From the NCBI RefSeq assembly GCF_000400465.1, contig NW_008806277.1:480001-512000 (forward strand): a DNA stretch of 32,000 bases, read 5' to 3'. Position numbers and translations under genes: made by a program. Origin of the DNA: Wallemia ichthyophaga EXF-994. Its lineage: Eukaryota; Fungi; Basidiomycota. The notes below the pieces were generated by a model. The model was not told where the DNA came from. It saw only the letters and a list, made by a program, of their open reading frames with translations, and did not search any database. This document shows, in pieces, positions 1 through 7,086 of this stretch. Position 1 is the stretch's first letter. Each line of letters starts with the position of its first letter.

Positions 1-348
1 GGTGTAATACCTCTTTGATGCTAGAATTTTTGTCAGCTGGACAAGGGAATGAGCGAGAATTTTTGGAAGACAATGACACTGACCAGCGTTTTGTCCACAT
101 CAAATCCATGAAGATGGCCATTGGATTTACAGCTTGAGTTTGTTAAATTCATTAAAATTAATATTCTCCAACCAGAGCAAACTCTAGGACTGCGTGTTAC
201 GAGTTTTGCGCATAGTAACAGCTGATGATCTAAGCCTTATAAGAAATCATAGTGGGCATGTTCTTGACGGTTTGAACACACTACATCTGACGTCTCCATA
301 ACAAACATTGTATCGGAATGGGCATTAAATAAGAATGATAAAAAGTCA

Positions 349-427
349 AGGTCCTAGCCGGATTCGAACCGGCGACTCCGGATGTCTACTTCAGAGACCG
401 ATGTGATGACCACTACACTATAGGACC
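349..427 (-). tRNA. tRNA-Gln(CTG) with a ~7-nt intron
   Basis: Minus strand reads GGTCCTA TA GTGTAGTGGTCATCAC A TCGGT CT CTG A [AGTAGAC] A TCCGG AGTC GCCGG TTCGAAT CCGGC TAGGACC. Acceptor stem is perfect, A and B boxes are present, it closely resembles yeast tRNA-Gln, and a TTTTT terminator follows. Confidence 0.92.
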
Positions 428-555
428 GGCTGAAGCTCCATTTTTTAAAGTGAACTATATTATTCACAAACAAATTAGAAATAAGGTTCAAATCGTGGAA
501 CTATAGCTCGTTTTCTCGGCTTAACTTAAAAAAAACCAACCATTTCTGCTTACCA

Positions 556-626
556 AGCTAGTCAAGAAATGCTTACAGTAGATTCAGCACTTCCCTCAAC
601 TTCTCCTGCTTTAAGAAGTATTGATG
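556..626 (+). repeat. Repeat X, copy A, 5' part (interrupted by the LINE at 627-1274)
   Basis: gctagtcaagaaatgcttacagtagattcagcac...tgctttaagaagtattgatg aligns by eye to the reverse complement of ~6570-6640 (gctagtcaagaaaagcttccagtaaattcagcac...tgctttaagaattatttatg). Confidence 0.85.
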
Positions 627-1274
627 AATATCTCTATGAAAATCATTCTCAGGCCGGCTCTCTCTGATTTCTTTAGACGTCTGCGTGAGCAACACACTGC
701 TCTCTTGAGAGTAAATGCACGTAGACTGCCAGGACCAACGTCGAAAGACGCAGAGAGAGAAGTGAGTAGGATGACTTTTACTCAGGGGGCTAATATGCTC
801 AACAAGTTTCCTCGTGGTATGTGAATTGTGGCCACCCAGATCCGCTCAGGCCACTTCCCTATTGCCAAGTCTTACCGATTCACTGTCCAAATCAACACTT
901 TGCAGCAAGCTCAGTGAAGTAGACAGTATCACACATAGGCTTTCTAGATGTAGGAAGTTCGATCAAACAAGGTTATCGTTGAGGAGGAAGATCTATGGAC
1001 TAGGGTTAAGGTTCGAGATAAAACATGCTTTCAAATGAGGAAGCTCTCAAAGCTTTCTATGAGCTCTTTAAAAAGTAGCTCATCACCCACCCGCGCGCCT
1101 CCGTTAGCTCCACGTAGTCACCTCCTCTTTTACGGCGCACGTGCCAAGAACCGCATTCATTTGAGTCCTTAAAATTGTCAGCTGCTAATGCACAAGAAAC
1201 CAAATAGGCGAAAATTATTATTCATTGTAACGCTTTTGACTATATACTATGATTTTTATCTATCTGTCTATCTC
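627..1274 (+). mobile_element. 5'-truncated, decayed non-LTR retrotransposon (Tad1/I-like LINE ORF2 C-terminus plus 3' UTR)
   Basis: Encodes ...PRGM*IVATQIRSGHF (a TQLRTGH-type motif), then in a shifted frame LCSKLSEVDSITHRLSRCRKFDQTRLSLRRKI (degenerate C-x2-C...H-x4-C knuckle), then SNEEALKAFYELFKK*. Ends in a (TATC)n-like tail at 1257-1274. Flanked by the direct repeat GAAGTATTGATG at 615-626 and 1275-1286. Confidence 0.85.
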
Positions 1275-1345
1275 GAAGTATTGATGGACGCAGTTTTAAA
1301 CATGTATCGGCTTAACGATATATTTAGATTTCATCATCATCATCA
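1275..1345 (+). repeat. Repeat X, copy A, 3' part ending in (CAT)n
   Basis: atggacgcagttttaaacatgtatcggcttaacgatatatttagatttcatcatcat matches the reverse complement of 6518-6575 (atggacgcagtttaaacatctatcgtcttaacaacatattcatatttcatcatcat). Confidence 0.85.
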
Positions 1346-1967
1346 CGGAACGATATGAAGACCCAGATTAGTATGCGTCTGCCGAACTTCTACCTGCCGC
1401 TCCCCTCCCACCAACAAGCTTCTGTAGTCTTAGAAGACATATCAAATAAAGTAAAGAACTTTTCCATCACTGAAAGCGGGATGGACTGGCTTTTTCCAAT
1501 TCTTCGCATGGGTCTATTATGATAAGGCCAGAGCGGACAAACCCAACCTCACCGAGTGGACAGTCAGCGGCAATGTAGACGAAAGCAGGAAGTCATGGCA
1601 CCTTTTCGACTCAAGTTAACCTATCAAGGCAACACGCGCGCTTTCAAGCACTTGGTAGCCGCCGGCTAACACCTCAAACAGCCCGATTCAATCAAATGCT
1701 TTAACCAAAAAAACTTTCCGCCCCTTCATATTACTCTTCAATCTTAGATTTGAGTCAGGCTAAGCCGATCATTACAATGCGTTGAATCCTTCACTTTTCA
1801 TAATTTGATTTTTAGCACATTTGCGACGAGTCAAAGCTTAGTAATTATACAATTTGTAAACATTAAGTATCCAGGAGTCTACTGATAACCAATGCGTCCT
1901 CATTCTTGATCCCTTGAAATCCTCCATCACATACTAGTGGACTAACACACAACTCGTCCCATTCCAG

Positions 1968-2276
1968 TCACTTACTTTTTTTTATTTCCTGTTTGTGTTG
2001 AGCTTCTTGCCAACAAGTATACAGCATCATATTTACCCGCTTAATCACTGCAGCGCGAGCTGATGGATTTTGGGAAGAATTTGCTGACGCCGTTGTTTGA
2101 CTGCTTGTTGTGCTTGCACTACCAATCACACTCGCACACCCGCTCATGCTGGCTTCAGCCTTGCTCGCCTTGATAAAAGCTTCCACCTCTTTAGCTATTT
2201 TAGCCAAATCCATCTCAACGACCTGCTTTTGCGGAAGCTCCACCTTCTGACCGACCTGTTGGGGTGTGATTCCCAT
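1968..2276 (-). other. Unassigned ORF (orphan exon or decayed gene)
   Basis: 102-codon ORF with a helical segment and an S/T/A-rich segment. It ends at a GTAAGT donor-like site with a CTAG acceptor about 40 nt on. No recognisable domain. Confidence 0.2.
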
Positions 2277-3377
2277 GAGTTTTTAGATAAAATTTGTCAC
2301 TGTACAAATTGCGTCGCATCCTCTTGTCTTAACGCTTGCCCCTACGCTAGCGCTGGACATTGACTTGTCGGAAAGCTGGCATTGAATAAAGTGTGTGGAG
2401 GTCCGAACAACTTAAAGCATTTTACTCATATTCTCTCTCCTCATGCAGAGAAGGTTGAAGAGGTTGATGAATACATATCTCCAGCTTAAGCTGAGACATT
2501 TGAGACTGAAGAAAGCTATGGACATGATTTGATAATGAGGAGTTGAAAAAGTATTTTGAATACGATATTCTTGAAGAAAACTACCCCAATTCACTCTCAG
2601 AGACCACCTCGTTCTCGGTAACAGTCATAACGGAAAGGACATAATGAAATCGATCCAAAGCAGCAAAAAGCTTCGCGTCTATCGGCGAGAAAAGGTAGGA
2701 TTTCTTTCGATCATCTCATACAGATCACCGCGAATAGGAGGGACCTTTAAAATGAGTCACAAGGCATACTTCACGTTGAGACTGAAGTTATGCAGATCCT
2801 TAGAAAGGCTGTGATTAAGACTGACCCTCCCCCAGCCAGTCGCTGGCCGTGATTGGCTTGATGGCGGTAATAGTGGAGAACATGAGAGTATTGAGATCGA
2901 AGAAGCAATTCTGTTGCTTGCTCAGAACTTCATTCATTTTCTCTAACGGCTCTTCCGAAAATCCAACATTGCGAAGTGAGAGACGTGTAGCCTTGTTTGT
3001 CCAAATAAAAATGGCTGCGTGTTATCTGTCTGATGATTCGTGATACCGCTACATTCCTCGTTCTTCTATTCAGTAATCGCCGCCGCTTCGAACGACATTA
3101 TGATAGTGGTAGCGCACTGAGAAGCGATAGAGTAACATGTGCGATATTTGAGGTATTCAAGGCAATTCAAATCATATCAAGGTACTTTAAAGAGCAGGAA
3201 GTGGATCAGCCATCGGAGCTTATTCTCTAACACACCCCACATCCCCTTTTCAAACTCAATAGCACAATTCCTGTATAAATTGAAATACTTCTCCTTGCAA
3301 ATAAAATATCTTCAATTGCATTCACATTCTTTGTGTTTACTGAGGTATTTAGCCGATATGAACGCGCGAATGGCTAC

Positions 3378-3436
3378 ACTAAAGGTGAAACTAAAAATGA
3401 GACTAAAATTATACTAAAAATGGCACTATAAAAGAA
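3378..3436 (+). promoter_or_regulatory. Hydrophobin promoter: five ~12-bp ACTAAAAATGRN units, the last containing TATAAAA (3427-3433)
   Basis: actaaaggtgaa / actaaaaatgag / actaaaattat / actaaaaatggc / actataaaagaa, about 55 bp upstream of the ATG at 3487. Confidence 0.55.
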
Positions 3437-3486
3437 TTACATGCTCTTGAGATAATACTACAATCAACTATTCGTCCAATCTCACT

Positions 3487-3848
3487 ATGATCGCTCAAAC
3501 CATCTTCGCTGCTGCTCTCGTCGCCTCTGTCTCAGCTGGCTGGGAATCTAAGACCGGCTCATGTAATACTGGAAAGCTCGCGTGCTGCGATACCAACAAG
3601 AAGGTCCAAAAGTCAACCGGTGAAGAATCAGGCCTCCTCCACACCGGTGACGTCCTCGACCAAGTCGCCATCCAATGCACTCAAATCCCTCTCCTCATCG
3701 GAGTAGCAATTGAGGGTTAGTGAAAACGCTCGCTTTATATCACAACTAACACCCCACAGACGAGTGCAAGAACACCCCAACCTGTTGTGAAGATGTCAAG
3801 GACGATGGTCTCGTCGGTATCAACTGCACTCCAATCCCTCTCATTTAA
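3487..3848 (+). CDS. Class I hydrophobin (105 aa, secreted), 2 exons
   Basis: Exons 3487-3715 and 3760-3848, with a 44-nt GTTAGT...CTAAC...CAG intron. Signal peptide MIAQTIFAAALVASVSA. Eight-cysteine pattern C-x6-CC-x29-C-x14-C-x5-CC-x12-C. Confidence 0.96.
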
Positions 3849-4337
3849 AGGCTGTTTGCCAGCATTTGTAGAATTCAACATTAGATAATACTTTATAAGC
3901 CCTAGTCACCTTGATGTCTCACTATCTCATCCATGCAAATACGCGAAGCACACTTGCGACTACACCACATATATCAAAGGATGCATGAATGACAGCAAAC
4001 ATCCTATACAAAAAAAATCTCTCAAACATTCTTGGTCCACATACTCATCCATTGAGCTGATGAAATATGAGAGTAGTGAGACAGTGCAGATGTCATTCAT
4101 AATCAATGCTTGAGCGTGTGTCCGGTAGCGGAGGTATGTAGCCGATTAATCAATTATGTGTGTCACAAGTTGATAATAATAGATAATGAATGGGTCTGAT
4201 TCATGGCAGTAATCAGCTATCCAAGAGTTATAAGCAGAAGCGGCTACTATACCACAGGCACGTAGGCAAGAGTATTTAGCAATGGTTTTACAATGAAATG
4301 GTGAGTCTTAGGGCCTAGAAATAGGGTTTTGTCGATA

Positions 4338-4634
4338 TTAATCAGTAAATTTCTGCTGTTTGTATGAAAGTCGGTAGTCCAACATCAGACCAAGATACTT
4401 CATAGTTTGAGATGATACTATTACCCGTTCATCCCAGAGAAGTGGATTGCTGTCTATCTTCAAGGGGTGTTTTGTGAATAACACATATTGGGTCTTTTTA
4501 ATGTCTAACGGTGTCGCATGCGATTCTGACCATTCGTCTGCTTCGTGTGAGTGGCTTTCCAGGAAGGATTTAGCCTCATTCGGTGTAATAGCTGCCGACA
4601 TTCATAGCAAATCGTCCCAAATGAAGGGAGGATG
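4338..4634 (-). mobile_element. Decayed non-LTR reverse transcriptase fragment (RT domains ~5-7)
   Basis: PFIWDDLL*MSAA...EWSESHATPLDIKKTQYVLF...SSQTMKYLGLMLDYRLSYKQ. Contains a degenerate YADD-like site, a W-x7-KT motif and the KYLG-x2-LD-x2-LS motif typical of LINE RTs, with an in-frame stop. Confidence 0.8.
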
Positions 4635-4698
4635 AGAATTTGATAGCAGATTTAAAAAGCAAATTACATACAATTTGATTTTAAAAGCGTAATATCAA

Positions 4699-4788
4699 GC
4701 ATTAATGGGGTAGTGGTAACCTCGATCGTTGCCATCTGGTCATTCACGAAATTTCGATCGGCCCCCGGTTCAATTCCGGGTTAATGCA
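4699..4788 (+). tRNA. tRNA-Gly(GCC) with a ~19-nt intron (4735-4753)
   Basis: GCATTAA TG GGGTAGTGGTAACCT C GATCG TT GCC A [intron] T CGATC GGCC CCCGG TTCAATT CCGGG TTAATGC A. All four stems pair and a T-rich terminator follows. Confidence 0.93.
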
Positions 4789-5306
4789 TTTATTTTTATG
4801 TTCTTCCATGCTCTTTCATCTTAAAGATGAACTTTTTTCGACCAGCTAGTTTTAATTAGTCATACGTTGGCTATCTCCGTAAGACGACAATGTTCGCTCG
4901 CAAGACCCTTTAAATCACAGTCAATTACTATTGCACAATGTGTTACTCACTCTATTGCACCACACCCCTTTCAAACAACATGCGCTAGAGTTTTTTTACC
5001 AAGTATTTTTACTGCTTGAGACATCTCAAAATATTACTTCCTACTCATATTACCCAAATTCAACCTCACCCACATTCAAACTCTTTTATCCACTGAACAA
5101 AGCGGCGGCGTTCTTGACAAAGTCACCAACCAAGTATGACATTCGGGTTAGTATTTTTAGTGGTGTGCTTTGAGTTGTGTTTAGGAACGAGCAATTGATA
5201 CAATTTCTAGTCAACATCACTTATTTTACCACACCTTTTCCTGCGTTTTATTCTATTTTTGACGCTTTTGCGCTCAGACATATCGTTTCTTAAACACAGT
5301 GGCGCC

Positions 5307-5340
5307 GACTTGAATGAGATTGAAGCTGGCGGAGGTACGC
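5307..5340 (+). repeat. Short coding-like repeat Y, copy 1 (DLNEIEAGG plus GT donor)
   Basis: gacttgaatgagattgaagctggcggag|gtacgc, similar to 6168-6201. Confidence 0.6.
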
Positions 5341-6167
5341 TTAAACGTCTTTGTTCAAAATTACACACGGTAATGTTAGGAGATGTGTTCAATCTGGACA
5401 CTAGGTCAGTAGAGTTGTAGACCTGAAGTAGCGGGGTCGGGTGATCCCAGTAGCCGAGGTGATCACTGGATCCCTGAAATTAAGTGTCCTTTAACTTATC
5501 GTCATCATAAAAAAAAAGGTGTCAAGAACAACAAGCAAGCACACGCCTTATAAATCTCTGCAATGACTAATAAAATAGAAACCATATATTCAGGAAGATT
5601 ACTGGCTATTACGTATTTTGGGTTTATTTATAATACGTTAATATGCCTGAAATAATACGATGTTTCATACCTGATTTTGACGGAGAAATAATAAACGGCA
5701 ATTGTTTCACAAGATATAACAGTTGTCCATTCGGTTACCCTAATCTTTGCAATGGAACACATCTGTTAAATGTCAATCTAGCAAATAATTGCACAGAGCC
5801 ATGTGATGTTAATGACTGAGGTAACGTATTTGGTTACAGGGAGAATACAGTTGGGACAAATCGTGGTGTGAATCAACGTCCAGCAACATTCTCAGTACAA
5901 AGCCTGGAAACCTGGTCTAAAGGAGAGAGAGCAAGTACTAAGATGAACCTATTAATTGTTGCGTTGGTCGCAAGCTTAATGTTAACAGAAGTGGTTGCTG
6001 CTTTCGAGTAGTAGCTGGAAAAAACCCTGTGTGCTATCGTATCGTCCACTCTACACGTTCCTTTCTTATAGCTTTTTTCGCTATCTTTCACCATCTCCTA
6101 TTCGAGCTGATAGACCTTCTGTTTGTCTTCAGCATAAGGCTCGCGTCTCTTCACACTTACCGGTAGC

Positions 6168-6201
6168 GAATTGAATGAGGTTGAGGCTGGCAGAGGTAAG
6201 T
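6168..6201 (+). repeat. Short coding-like repeat Y, copy 2 (ELNEVEAGR plus GT donor)
   Basis: gaattgaatgaggttgaggctggcagag|gtaagt. Differences from copy 1 are mostly synonymous or conservative in this frame. Confidence 0.6.
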
Positions 6202-6517
6202 CTACATGTTTCAGGGGGCTAAAGGCATACACGGGAGCCATAAGAGGTTAGCCTGCATTTATCACTTAAAGACATCATCATCGAATCCCTTTTTTATACC
6301 TAATAAATCGAAATGAAATAAAGTGTTAGCTGCTCACTGAGTCTCAAAGTTTTCACCAAGCTTGTCTTTGCTCCCAAATATTCAATCACTACCGATTTGA
6401 GTTAAAAACATTATATTGATTGATGATCTTAAAAAAAAAGACAGATCTGACTTATATCCAGAATCTAAAATTAATGATAGTGCAAGTAAATTAAAAAGGG
6501 TACTCTAATCCAAAATT

Positions 6518-6642
6518 ATGATGATGAAATATGAATATGTTGTTAAGACGATAGATGTTTAAACTGCGTCCATAAATAATTCTTAAAGCATGAGGAGTCA
6601 AAGGGGTGCTGAATTTACTGGAAGCTTTTCTTGACTAGCGTC
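6518..6642 (-). repeat. Repeat X, copy B (uninterrupted; empty site for the 627-1274 LINE)
   Basis: The minus strand aligns continuously with 556-626 joined to 1287-1345. It carries a single diverged copy of the TSD sequence (gaattatttatg) and a (CAT)n end. Confidence 0.85.
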
Positions 6643-6812
6643 GTAATTTCTAAGTTGTTGGTGGTTCTCAATTACATTAAACAACCTGATATCCTGCTGT
6701 GACTAATTACCACTGCGCTAATTGTTGTTAAACTGCCTCCCTTGCCTCGGCTGATATAATTAGCCGAGGCAGTTATGAGATTATAATAATTACATCAAGC
6801 CCGATTACAACA

Positions 6813-6893
6813 GCGTGGTTGGTCTAATGGTTATGATTCTCGCCTTCCATTAGTGATAGCGAGAGGCTATGGGTTCGATTCCCATACCTCGCA
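6813..6893 (+). tRNA. tRNA-Gly(TCC) with a ~8-nt intron (6850-6857)
   Basis: GCGTGGT TG GTCTAATGGTTATGAT T CTCGC CT TCC A [TTAGTGAT] A GCGAG AGGCT ATGGG TTCGATT CCCAT ACCTCGC A. One U:U mismatch in the acceptor stem; TTTTT terminator. Confidence 0.88.
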
Positions 6894-7086
6894 ACCTTTT
6901 TGCTTTTGTATTGGCTTTTCCAAATTTTTTCTATTCCAAGATGACACAAATCAAAAGCGTCTAATTAAGTAAAAATATAGTGCATGTAAACATGTATAAG
7001 TAAATTTGTGTATACAAAAACTAAAGAGAGTAAATTTTCGAAACAAATGAAACAAATAAAAATGTCCATATTTGTATGATCGTCCA

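Noticed and set aside
3-137. Frame open from the window start (…MLEFLSAGQGNEREFLEDND…GFTA*)
   Set aside because: It could be the tail of an upstream gene, but it is only 44 codons with no recognisable motif.
2412-2594. ORF with FLQEYRIQNTFSTPHYQ, faintly like an integrase STPYHPQ motif
   Set aside because: No downstream G-x2-ER motif or catalytic D/E context; likely chance.
3915-4083. ~16-bp imperfect inverted repeat (tgtctcacta-tctcat), possible MITE ends
   Set aside because: Too short and imperfect, with no TSD.
5396-5489. Hammerhead ribozyme-like layout (ctgaag…gaaa)
   Set aside because: The core reads CUGAAGU rather than CUGANGA, and there is no NUH triplet at the right position on either strand.
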